DNA from: Macrostomum hystrix
Lineage: Eukaryota; Animalia; Platyhelminthes
Direction of reading: 5' to 3'
NCBI GenBank assembly: GCA_950097015.1
Contig: CATNEN010000007.1
Coordinates: 4,092,001-4,156,000 of the forward strand
Length of the DNA: 64,000 bases
Shown one piece after another: positions 47,501-59,629 of this stretch (the stretch's first letter is position 1; the number at the start of each line of letters is the position of its first letter). The notes beneath the pieces are model-generated. The model was not told where the DNA came from, made no database searches, and saw only the letters and a program-made list of their open reading frames with translations. Position numbers and translations under genes: made by a program.

Positions 47501-49361
47501 AGCATTTACTGGGCGAATCAGCGACGCCTCTTTCTAGGTAGGCGATTTTTACTTAGTGATATTTGATGCTAGTGTCTAACAGGTGATATTTGGGCTTTCA
47601 AACAGGCCAAGCCTCAGTAGCCCAGAAAGCTCGGCCTCGCTCACTTGGTCTTGACAAACTTCAGCGACTTCTTGCCGCCGGCGGCAACCTGCTGCTCGCA
47701 GGCGCGCATGATCTGGACGGTGCCATCGCCGGCTCCGATGAGGAACTCGCCAGTCTCCAGCAGCGCCACGGCGGTCACTCCAAGCGAGAATTTCTCCTTC
47801 TCCGGGCCGATGTGCTGGAACAAGCGGCTCTCCATGTTGATGCCCAGCACGTCGCCAGTGGTGGTGCCGCAGTAGAGGGTCTTGTCGTCCGATGTCAGCG
47901 CCATGCAAGTGATGATGCGCTTCGTCTGGCCGGTGGTCACCTCCGTTGGCCGGATCTTGCGGTTCTCAACGTCCAGCTCCCAGACGCGAAGGTTGTTGCT
48001 GGGTGGGGAGGCAAGCGAGTTTTTTAAACCAAACTCATGCTTTGATGTTTAACTGATTTCATGGTTACTAAATCTTCGACTTACTCTCCAGCCGAGACGA
48101 ACAGAAAGTCGGAATTGTTCGAGTAGGCCAGGCACATTGTGTTGCCGGAACTCTTGGACTGGGCGGGGCTGCCGCAGATGGCCTCCTTCTTGTCCAAGGA
48201 CCAGACCACCACACTAAAAAGTGCAACAATTTTCTCGAATATTGAATGGTGAAAACTTCAGTAAACTTGGTCGAATTCTGAAAGTTTCTAATAGCTTTTT
48301 TACCTTCCGTCATCCTGGCCGCCCAGGGAGACCAAAAACTTGTCGTTCGGCGAGAAGGCCAGTCCTTGGATCTTCACCTTGTGCAGAACAAAGCGGGCGT
48401 ACTCGGTGCGAGAACTGAAGTCCCACACAATGATGTCGGCCTGTAGTAGAATCATGGAGAGTTCTCGTTATAATTCGAGCTATATTATTAAATTGACACG
48501 TGAAACTTTCCTGACCTACCTTAAAGCCCATGTGAGTGATCTGTCCGCTTGCTATGAAGCGGCCGCTACGCGAGATGACGATGCTGGCAATGTCGCTGTG
48601 GTGGCCATGCAGAAACTCCTGCCGCCTGCTCTGCAGATCCTCCACCACCAGGGTGGATCCGATGGAGTAAACTAGATGCTGCTTGTCCGGGTGGACATTT
48701 AGCCCGCCAAGCACCATTCCTTAATTATTTCGAAAACGGTATATGTAAGTTTTGAATATCTCTATCAATTCACAAAGCAAGGCAAAATCACAACAGCTAC
48801 TCCAAAACAGTAGAGTTCAATTGAACTGCAAACTATACAATACTTCCGATTCACATCTGCAAAATGTTAATTAGACGCACCTTGTCAAAACTATAGTAGC
48901 TCATATGTTTTTATCAAGATATAGAGAAAAAACTTTTACGAGGTTATAATAACTACGTGCGCGTAAACATTTCCGTGTATATGCTGTACAAAAAAATTCA
49001 TTAGACACTATATCAGCTTTTTTATGAATACTAATATTACTGTTTAAGCTTAACTATGTAACACATTTCGATTCTTAAAAGATTTTACTGATTTGAGTGT
49101 ACACTAACGACAAAATACTAATATAGAAACTGAATGCGACCACATTAAATGTTTGTAACCATTCTCATACTTTTCATATTGTGGTTATATTTTAAGTGAA
49201 AGTTCTTTCCATTCGTATACGTTTCTAGAAAACATTTTAAAGTTAAAGTTTAAAGTTTAAAGTTTTAAATTTTTAAAGTAATTAAAATTACCATTGAAAC
49301 CGATGATGCTCTGCACTTCAAGCTTTTGAAAGTCCACGTCCTCTGGCACTTCGTGGGCCAT
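44544..49361 (-). CDS. CFAP52: Cilia- and flagella-associated protein 52 (WDR16), 640 aa; exons 49361-49292, 48719-48520, 48440-48304, 48213-48085, 47998-47645, 47477-47304, 45705-45232, 45060-44823, 44690-44544
   Basis: LEVQSIIGFNG, IASGQITHMGFKADIIVWD, LVSLGGQDDGSVVVW, GTTTGD, SGTDRKISYWE; all eight introns are GT-AG and phase-compatible. Confidence 0.95.
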
Positions 49362-49459
49362 TTTTCTACTAAGGTGTAGGAAAGAAGACACAGAAATTGA
49401 GTAGACATAAAATATAATTCCTTACGTAAATTTAAATCCGAAGAGTCGCGAGGGCTTTC

Positions 49460-49473
49460 TATGCTATGGAAAC
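49460..49473. promoter_or_regulatory. Candidate RFX X-box upstream of CFAP52
   Basis: TATGCTATGGAAAC, 12/14 match to GTTGCTATGGAAAC, ~100 bp upstream of the ATG of a ciliary gene. Confidence 0.4.
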
Positions 49474-50422
49474 ACACATTAAAACAATGTACAATGTACA
49501 ATGCACAGCCTTGCTTTTCAGCTTATTAAAAAGTTGACGAACGACTAACTTTGTAATTGATTGTTAACTAATAGGTATAAAATAACAGTATTTTTATAGT
49601 TTATATTTCTAGGAATGATAACTTTGTTTACCAAAAATGGAGCGAAGTATAAATCATTGCAAAATATTTAGAGATTGTAGTTTCTTGTCGTTATAATTGG
49701 GTTAGATCGTCTAAAGGAAAGATTTTATTGAATATTACCAATCTCTTTAGTTTTGAATTATAATCAGTCATAGTTTCACAATCAGCATTATTTGTTTCTC
49801 ACTAGCTTTTTAATTTAGTTTTTTGCTATAGTCTATGGCTGTGCATATTCACTAATAAATCATTTTGATTACATACAAAGATACAATGAATCTGAATTCC
49901 TATTGCCATAGCGATATCATCTGCTAAATAAGTGATGTATATTTCCATATCATGTAGCCACAGCTCTTGCAAAAGTCTCACCAAAACTATAACATTTAGG
50001 ACAATCAGTCAACAATGATTCTTCTTGGTCTTCTTTTGAAGAGCTTAATTTGTATGTTTGATTTGTTAAGTGAACGTTTTTTAAACAATTAAATCATACT
50101 ATGTTATCATGGCATATTGGCAGTTTCTTCAGTTTATTATGAAAAAAAGTACTTTTTGATCTAAAGTTAATCAAACTTATGTCCATTTAAATGTGTAGTT
50201 GAATGTACAGGCATTAATATTTTGAGATTTCATGCATAGTCACATACAAATATAATGATAAAAATGGAAATGTAATTCAAAATTGATTTAATATTATACT
50301 GTATATACCCCGTGATTTATCAAACAAATTCAGCTGCTTCTCCACTAGTTGGAGGCAACGGACAGGCAGACAGGCAGCAGCAGCAGCAGCAGCAGCAGAG
50401 TCATATTCTTGTACACAGAGCC

Positions 50423-53287
50423 ATGGAGCTGCGAGTTGGTAGCAAGTACAGACTGGGCCGCAAGATTGGCAGCGGCTCCTTCGGTGACATCTATCTGGGC
50501 ACGGATGTGACCAACGGCGAGGAGGTTGCCATCAAGCTAGAGTGTGTTCGCACCAAGCACCCCCAGTTGCACATTGAGAGCAAGATCTACCGCATGCTGC
50601 AGGGTGGCATCGGTGTGCCAGTGGTGAAATGGTGTGGCACAGAGGGCGACTACAATGTCATGGTATTGGAACTGCTGGGTCCCAGTCTGGAGGATTTGTT
50701 TAACTTCTGTGGTCGCAAATTCAAACTGAAAACTGTCCTGCTGCTGGCTGATCAACTGCTGAACCGCATCGAGTTCATTCACAGCAAAAATTTTATTCAC
50801 AGGTGAGGCTTGCTCTTAAGGGTGGGAATTCATTCACAGGTAAGGGTGAAGCTTGCTTTCACGGGTGTGAATTTATTCACAGCAGGAATTTAATCTATAG
50901 ATTCAGTATTTTTTATCTGATAGATTAAAATGGGAATCGACTGATTGATCTGAGGGGTAGTGACATTGATCTGAGTGTATGACTGATATTAGGGATTGGG
51001 GCTGATTGGTATGAGGTGAATTGTTTTCAATGAAACACAATCTGCAATCCATTACCCGCTTCAGAGACGTGAAGCCGGACAACTTTTTGATGGGCCTCGG
51101 CAAGAAAGGCAACCTGGTCTACATTATCGACTTCGGTCTGGCCAAGAAGTATCGCGACTCCAAGACCCACCAGCACATTCCCTACAGGGAGAACAAGAAC
51201 CTGACCGGCACCGCAAGATACGCCAGCGTCAATACTCACCTGGGCATTGGTAGGAACAGAAATTACAATCCATTAGTTCAAATCCCCTTTCATCACATCC
51301 CAAAACAGAAATCCCAATCCATTAGTTCAAATCCCCATTAAACACATCCCAAAACAGAAATCCCAATCCATTAGTTCGAATCCCCATTCAGCACATCCCA
51401 AAACAGAAATCCCAATCCATTAGTTCAAATCCCCATTCAGCACATCCCAAAACAGAAATCCCAATCCATTAGTTCGAATCCCCATTCAGCACATCCCAAA
51501 ACAGAAATCCCAATCCATTAGTTCAAATCCCCATTCGTCACATCCCAAAACAGAAATCCCAATCCATTAGTTCAAATCCCCATTCATCACATCCAAATAT
51601 AAAAATACAAATCCCAACCGCCACAGAGCAAGCCAGGCGAGACGACATGGAGTCGCTGGGCTATGTGTTTATGTACTTCCTCCGCGGCGCGCTGCCCTGG
51701 CAGGGCCTCAAGGCGGCCACCAAGCGGCAAAAGTACGAGCGCATCAGCGAGAAGAAGATGCAGACTCCCGTTGAAGCCCTCTGCCAGGGCTACCCGGGCG
51801 AGTTCGCCACTTACCTCACCTTCTGTCGCTCGTTGCGCTTCGACGATAAGCCGGACTACAGCTACCTGCGACAGCTGTTCCGCAACCTGTTCCACAGGGA
51901 GGGCTTCACCTACGACTATGTGTTCGACTGGAACATGCTCAAGTTTGGACAGACGGCCGCCTCAGCCCAGCCTGCGAACGGTTAGTGCCTCTAACAAGCT
52001 GCCCTGCTTTCATCTCACACACCATGCTTTCATCTCACACACCCTGCTTTCATCTCACACACCCTGTTTTCATCTCACACACCCTGCTTTCATCTCACAC
52101 ACCCTGCTTTCATCTCACACACCCTGCTTTCATCTCACACACCCTGCTTTCATCTCACACACCCTGCTTTCATCTCACACACCCTGCTTTCATCTCACAC
52201 ACCCTGCTTTCATCTCACACATCCTGCTTTCATCTCACACACCCTGCTTTCATCTCAAATACCCTGCTTTCATCTCACACATTCTGATCTCATCTCACAC
52301 ATCCTGATTTCATCTCACACACCCTGCTTTCATCTCACACACCCTGATTTCATCTCACACACCCTGCTTTCATCTCACACATTCTGATCTCATCTCACAC
52401 ATCCTGATTTCATCTCACACATCCTGCTTTCATCTCACACACCCTGATTTCATCTCACACATTCTGATCTCATCTCACACACCCTGCTTTCATCTCACAC
52501 ACCCTGCTTTCATCTCACACACCCTGCTTTCATCTCACATCCTGCTTTCATCTCACACACCCTGCTTTCATCTCAAACACCCTGCTTTCATCTCACACAT
52601 TCTGATCTCATCTCACACATCCTGATTTCATCTCACACACCCTGCTTTCATCTCACACACCCTGATTTCATCTCACACACCCTGCTTTCATCTCACACAT
52701 TCTGATCTCATCTCACACATCCTGATTTCATCTCACACACCCTGCTTTCATCTCACACATTCTGATCTCATCTCACACACCCTGCTTTCATCTCACACAT
52801 CCTGCTTTCATCTCACACACCCTGCTTTCATCTCACACCCTGCTGATTGAGAGTATCTACCTACAATATTATGTGTTCACTTGCGCCAGATTTAGCCTGT
52901 TACGAGATACCTGCAACAGACTACTTCCTGTTGTGATTATTAGTAGTACCTAAGAAAAGCATAGACAATATTAGGTTCTTCAATTTTAAATTTTTTGTAG
53001 CGGCAAAAAATCGAGGAGGCGCCGATGGCCACTCACAACAGCAGCAGCAGCAAATGCAGTACCAGCAGCAGCAGCAGCAGCATTTGCTTGTCCAGCAGCA
53101 TCGAAACGGAGCCGCGGGCGCCGCCTCCTCTTCGGGACTGGCAGTTGGCGGCCCGGTCGTGGTCGGCAGCAGTCGCGGCCGCCTGCCGCCCCAGGCTCCC
53201 ATAGACGGCTACCACAGCGGCCGGGGCGGCGCAGCGAGCCGGCCACTTCCGCCGAATCCGAAAGCGTCCATGCCTACTGGCAAGTAG
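50423..53287 (+). CDS. CSNK1E: Casein kinase I delta/epsilon, 401 aa; exons 50423-50802, 51065-51249, 51627-51980, 53001-53287
   Basis: [64 protein letters not shown]; phases 2,1,1; Q/G-rich C-terminal tail. Delta versus epsilon cannot be resolved. Confidence 0.96.
51270..51597. repeat. 49-bp intronic tandem repeat, ~6.5 copies
   Basis: CACATCCCAAAACAGAAATCCCAATCCATTAGTTCAAATCCCCATTCAG; CK1 intron 2. Confidence 0.95.
52002..52844. repeat. 20-bp intronic minisatellite CCCTGCTTTCATCTCACACA, ~42 copies
   Basis: 20-aa periodic ORFs; CK1 intron 3. Confidence 0.97.
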
Positions 53288-54269
53288 TCTGCCGAGCACG
53301 ATGTGATCTCTATCGTTTTTTTAAACATTTTTTGTCCATTGTTGTGCGTTCTCATCTGACTGTCAGTTTCATCTGACTGTCAGTTTCATCTGACTGTCAG
53401 TTTCGTCTGAGCCATTGTGTTGCTGCAATTTCAAATGATGTAATTTTTTGTTGATCTTAAGAGATGACATAAAGGATTAGAGACAAAAGGCCCAGTCTAG
53501 ATCAAAGAATATTTTCTACTCAGCAAGGCTATGGAATCCGCCCTGTGTTGCCTGCTCTCATTGTTGCAGTGGCGTCATGTTTCCAATATTTCAACTATCG
53601 AATTGTCATCAGTAGTGATTGTTGCTTTAAACAGTATGTGTTTTGTGGAAGCCTTCATTGTCCATTGATTGTCCTGATGCACTGTCGCATTAAGTCACGC
53701 ACTAAGCCAGTTGATTTATCTGTCCGCCCCTCCAAACAGCTACTCGTATCGTCAGATTCGCAAGTGAAAATGCGTTTAGCCGTTGTAAATCACTCGTGTT
53801 ATAATTTGTCTCTCAGTGTGTGTTTTACGACCTCTATTGGCTATTCACTCAGTAGGCTGGTCTGCGTGCGACCCGCGAAAATAAGTTATTTAATTTGGAA
53901 ATCCTCAATAAACTTGTGAGTTGATGCTGTTACATGTGTTTGTCTGTTTCTATTTATCTAAATGTACATTGCATTAGTTAGCGCGTGAGTTATCATTTAA
54001 TCGTTTATGTAGCAGTTTGTTTTTGTTTGTTTAAAGTCGCTTATTTGAAATTTCCGTGTCACACTGCGAGCCCACATTGTAGGCCTCAATCGTTTTTGTG
54101 TATATAATGTAAGAAAGCTAGGCTTGATGGTTTGATTATGTAATTTTTTTACTTAAAAAAATTCTTGCGAGTTTCTCAGTCGATTTATTTCTTGCAGAAT
54201 TTAGAGTCCCTGCGCTCTGTGCTTTACTTGTTGCAGCTTGATCTTCTGATGTCTTACCCACTGGTCTAT

Positions 54270-55000
54270 GTGGTCTGTCACTCTCTGACAGTGTCTGTGT
54301 GGTCTGTCACTCTCTGACAGTGTCTGTGTGGTCTGTCACTCTCTGACAGTGTCTGTGTGGTCTGTCACTCTCTGACAGTGTCTGTGTGGTCTGTCACTCT
54401 CTGACAGTGTCTGTGCGGTCTGTCACTCTCTGACAGTGTCTGTGTGGTCTGTCACTCTCTGACAGTGTCTGTGCGGTCAGTGTCACTCTCTGACAGTGTC
54501 TGTGTGGTTGTGGTCTGTCACTCTCTGACAGTGTCTGTGTGGTCTGTCACTCTCTGACAGTGTCTGTGTGGTCTGTCACTCTCTGACAGTGTCTGTGCGG
54601 TCTGTCACTCTCTGACAGTGTCTGTGTGGTTGTGGTCTGTCACTCTCTGACAGTGTCTGTGTGGTCTGTCACTCTCCGACAGTGTCTGTGTGGTCTGTCA
54701 CTCTCTGACAGTGTCTGTGCGGTCTGTCACTCTCTGACAGTGTCTGTGTGGTCTGTCACTCTCTGACAGTGTCTGTGTGGTCTGTCACTCTCTGACAGTG
54801 TCTGTGCGGTCAGTGTCACTCTCTGACAGTGTCTGTGTGGTCTGTCACTCTCTGACAGTGTCTGTGTGGTCAGTGTCACTCTCTGACAGTGTCTGTGTGG
54901 TCTGTCACTCTCTGACAGTGTCTGTGTGGTCTGTCAATCTCTGACAGTGTCTGTGTGGTCAGTGTCACTCTCTGACAGTTTCTGTGTGGCCTGTGTCACT
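54270..55000. repeat. 29-bp minisatellite GGTCTGTCACTCTCTGACAGTGTCTGTGT, ~25 copies
   Basis: Direct reading; each unit holds the inverted pair CTGTCA/TGACAG. Confidence 0.97.
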
Positions 55001-55600
55001 AACCGCTGGTGTCCGAACGTGTTTTCCGTTAGTTACAAGCAGTAGTTGTTAACTAGGGAATAATATATTTGTCATGCTCCCTAACTGTCCCATCCACCTT
55101 TTTCTGTTGCTCGTTTGTTCTAGCTTAAGATTATTTAATTATCCGATTTCCATATTTAGGATTGGCTGCGTTATACTTTGCGCTTGTCAAGGCTGCACGC
55201 GCATTCTTAGAAACAGAACATGGACTGCCGTTCGGCAATATTAAACACGAACTGGAAGCTGTCGTGCCTCTGATGAGGTCGGGTCAAATGTTTGCCGTCA
55301 ATGCGTGCTTTAACAACCAACCAGCAACCTTTTGCCGCAGATTGTCTTACGAAACGTTATTTGATTAGCCAGTTGTCAAATAGTTGACAACCTTCGTACT
55401 GGCAAGCCAAGGTGAAGATCAATCTATACCTTTATCTAGAGTGTTTAACCTTTTTTCAAAAATGCACTACTTGTTGCAAAAATACTGCATCGGATACTGC
55501 CCCCTAATCCTGATTCCTGATTAATTCTTTCGCGAAGTAAGCTAATTGGCACGAATGTTTGAATCGCTGAAGTAAGCCAGGGTTGATATGATTGAGAAGC

Positions 55601-56922
55601 ACAGTCACTTATCGAAGAATGTGTCAGAATCACTGGTCACTGGCTCCAACCTTGAGCATCAGCTGCACAGTCACAACTCGAAGAATGTGTCAGAATCACT
55701 GGCACCAACCTTGAGCATCAGCTGCAAAGTCACAACTCGAAGAATATCAGAATCACTGGTCACTGGCACCAATCTTGAGAATCAGCTGTACAGTCACAAC
55801 TCGAAGAATGTGTCAGAATCACTGGCACCAATCTTGAGAATCAGCTGCACACTGCACAGTCACAACTCGAAGAATGTGTCAGAATCACTGGCTCCAACCT
55901 TGAGCATCAGCTGCAAAGTCACAACTCGAAGAATGTCAGAATCACTGATCACCGGCACCAACCTTGAGCATCAGCTGCACAGTCACAACTCGAAGAATGT
56001 GTCAGAATCACTGGCACCAACCTTGAGAATCAGCTGCAAAGTCACAACTCGAAGAATGTCAGAATCACTGATCACTGGCACCAACCTTGAGCATCAGCTG
56101 CACAGTCACAACTCGAAGAATGTGTCAGAATCACTGGCACCAATCTTGAGAATCAGCTGCACAGTCACAACTCGAAGAATGTGTCAGAATCACTGGCACC
56201 AACCTTGAGCATCAGCTGCAAAGTCACAACTCGAAGAATGTGTCAGAATCACTGGCACCAACCTTGAGCATCAGCTGCAAAGTCACAACTCGAAGAATGT
56301 GTCAGAATCACTGGCACCAACCTTGAGCATCAGCTGCAAAGTCACAACTCGAAGAATGTGTCAGAATCACTGGCACCAACCTTGAGCATCAGCTGCAAAG
56401 TCACAACTCGAAGAATGTCAGAATCACTGATCACCGGCACCAACCTTGAGCATCAGCTGCACAGTCACAACTCGAAGAATGTGTCAGAATCACTGGCACC
56501 AACCTTGAGAATCAGCTGCAAAGTCACAACTCGAAGAATGTCAGAATCACTGATCACTGGCACCAACCTTGAGCATCAGCTGCACAGTCACAACTCGAAG
56601 AATGTGTCAGAATCACTGGCACCAATCTTGAGAATCAGCTGCACAGTCACAACTCGAAGAATGTGTCAGAATCACTGGCACCAACCTTGAGCATCAGCTG
56701 CAAAGTCACAACTCGAAGAATGTGTCAGAATCACTGGCACCAACCTTGAGCATCAGCTGCAAAGTCACAACTCGAAGAATGTGTCAGAATCACTGGCACC
56801 AACCTTGAGCATCAGCTGCAAAGTCACAACTCGAAGAATGTGTCAGAATCACTGGCACCAACCTTGAGCATCAGCTGCACAGTCACAACTCGAAGAATGT
56901 GTCAGAATCACTAACACCAACC
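55601..56922. repeat. 59/64-bp satellite with higher-order structure
   Basis: Unit ACAGTCACAACTCGAAGAATGTGTCAGAATCACTGGCACCAACCTTGAGCATCAGCTGC plus a 64-bp variant; identical 110-aa translations recur 482 bp apart. Confidence 0.95.
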
Positions 56923-58368
56923 TTTGTAGACTCCGTCGACAATATCACAGACCTCGTTGGCTTTTGAGGCGCATCCAGACACCTATTTGACATGAAATTT
57001 CTTATCCTCTTGTTTGCTCGGATTCCAGTCTAGCTATAAGTTTGAGTTTGACAAATTTATAGTTTTGTGTCGCAGGATAAATAACTTAAAACCGGAGTCA
57101 GCTTTGTTCTCCATTTTCTTTTAGTGATGGAGAAGCGAGCAAGAAGAATTGGACTAATCTGTAATAGGGTTGCAGCTTTTATTTTTTTAGTCCAAGCAAA
57201 CAATTTTGATCTGAGAAACGGTGCGAAACACGTGCATATACAAAGCGATTTCCTTGGGCTTTTTTTAGTCTGTTGTGTCTGGTTAGGAGAAACACGACAA
57301 TGTTAGCGCAACCTTGTCAGCCACAGCTGAGAAAATGTTGAATTAGCCTGGCTTGGAGAGTTCGTGTTTGTCTCTTCTTCCTAGCTAAAAAGAAACGGAC
57401 TTTGGCTCAGATCGGAGCGCAACACTTTGGACAAATAATATCTAAGTTTTCGAATTAACATTTTCGAGGGTGGCTTCCCATTCATGATCCGTTGCAGCAA
57501 TAAAAAAGTAGCACGAACAAGCGATTGTGGGCTAGTCGAGGTACAGTACAAATATTTCATATTTCATTCAACTGTGGTACTCCCGCTACTCACTTGTGTT
57601 ACGAGAGCAAGAAAAATAAAGGTAAAATACAATACAGCGCGTTGAATCTTTCTAGAAGGCAATTAAGTATTAGCCCTATCGGTAATTAAGCAATATCACA
57701 TAAGCATAATATGATCCTCGGAATACAAGCCTGCACGTGTCCGGTAAAATGTGAGTCTCCGCATTGAAGGAGTCATGTCTATCTCAAAATGGGGCAGCTG
57801 AGAATAGATTTCTTAGCTACATTTTAAGCGGAGTAGTTAGGAAAGCAAAGAAAAATAATTCACTATTTATCAGCGCACTTGAATAAATTATTGTCACTTC
57901 AACAGATATATCTACAAGCTTACATGACTTAATTAGGGCTAGTACAAGTACATTTTACTAAACCTTTGCATGCCAGGCAAGAGGGCCAGCTACCGTGACA
58001 ATTGCGCGCCACGCCACACATGCAAAAGGAGAGATGAGCCAAGCAGAATTTAAAATGAGATAAACATGGCATAAGAAAGCCCTATGCACTTTGATGACGG
58101 CTGCGTGGGGAAAGGACGAGACCTTGAGATAGATTATCTACATCCGGACCAAGATGCAGCGATGCAAGTTCTCAAATTTCGACCAATTTCGTGTCTTGAG
58201 TTTTTTAAAGCCTGAATAAGTTCAATTTCAGAGACATTGCAAGCCAAAGATGTACACCGCTTTAAACTGGTCTTTAATGCTAGTCACGGAGACTTTATAT
58301 CGAAACGCATGAAATACTAGGATCTCTTTGCATTGGCTATATTGAATGCCGTCGTGCAGAGATGGCAG

Positions 58369-59611
58369 CTAGAGGTCCGAGCTTACCAGGGCCTCCGTCA
58401 CACCCTCTCCGCCGTTGATCGTCGGTCCCAGAGCGGCCGTCGAGTTGGTCAGCGGCTGCTGCTCCTTGAGCTTGGACTCATGACCAGCCGGACCTGATCC
58501 CAGTTGCTGCGCGCCCAAAGTCTGCCTCCTGCGGCCGCCGTTGCGGCCGTAATCGCCGGCGTCGCTGTGGCAGCAGCAATCAATAATCCGGCAGCGGCCG
58601 AATGTTGTGGCGAATGTCTGGCGGAATTGGCTGGACATCTTCGTATAGATGAAGAAATTGATTGGATACGAGACGAGGATGGTGAAGTTGATGACTGGGA
58701 CGGCGTAGTTTAAAATGGATACCATGAACTCCATTCTGGTGCGGAGCTGCAGGGCGTACAGCGACATGACCACCGTCATCGGCAGCTCCACCACCATGAA
58801 GATGCCCACGACTGTGGTCAGCATAGCAGTCGTGTTGCTAGGCTCCTCGCGCCTGCGCTGTTGGGTCGCGACCGGGGCCTGCGGCTGTTGCTCCTGGAAT
58901 TGAGAGATGTGGCAGATTTTTGATGTGCGCTTCAAATCTCGACTATGGCTGCAGCTGCTGCTACTGGATAGCAAGTAATCTAAGTCATTAAAAATTCTGC
59001 CGAGGTCATGATTTCAGCAATCGGGTATAAAGTTTTATTTGATGATCAGACTCGAACCTGCTGCAATAGTTGCTGCTGCTGCTGCTGCTGGTTTCGGCGC
59101 CCGGTCAGCAGCAGCTTCCTCCGCTTGGCCGCCTTGCGCATGCCATTAACCAGCAGACTGGTGAAGACAAGCAGCAGCACGGACGGGATGAGGTGCACCA
59201 GCAGTGTCCGGGTGTAGATCAGCACTCCGAACAGCTGCTTCTGGCTGGCGAAGTTGCACGAGACAACCAAGTTGGGTCTGCCGTCGTCCGTTGCCATGGC
59301 AATGGTGTAAGGCCCATCCAGATAGGCCCAGGCGGCCATCAGCGTGCTGGTGACGACCAGCAGAATGACAATGGCACCCACCGAAGTGCGGTTGGTGCAA
59401 AGGCGCTGCACGGACATCGGGAAGGTGATGTACACCCAGCGCTGAATAGCCAGAATCACTGTTAGCCAGATTGAGGCCGTGTGGGCGATGGTGGGCAGGG
59501 TGAAGGTCATGAGGTTGACCATGTTGGCGGCAGCCGGACTGTGGCAGACTCGGCCCACTGTCCAGCTGTGGGCGAACTCGGACAGCAGGTACCAGGGCAG
59601 CGGGAAGATGC
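58369..59611 (-). CDS. Sex-peptide-receptor/MIP-receptor-like class A GPCR, 5'-incomplete (TM2-TM7 and tail); exons 59611-59058, 58893-58369
   Basis: IFPLPWYL, PTIAHTASIWLTVILAIQRWVYI, YTRTLLVHLIPSVLL, TTAMLTTVVGIFMVVELP, SYPINFFIYTKMSSQFRQTF. The N-terminal exon(s) were not found and probably lie beyond 64000. Confidence 0.85.
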
Positions 59612-59629
59612 CTGTAATAGTGCCGTTTG

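Noticed and set aside
50312-50422. Poly-Q N-terminal extension of CK1
   Set aside because: Starts at GTG; an acceptor-like TTCTTGTACACAG lies just before the canonical MELRVG start, so the tract is probably UTR or intron.
55588-56690. 206 and 110 aa ORFs
   Set aside because: Translations of the 59/64-bp satellite.
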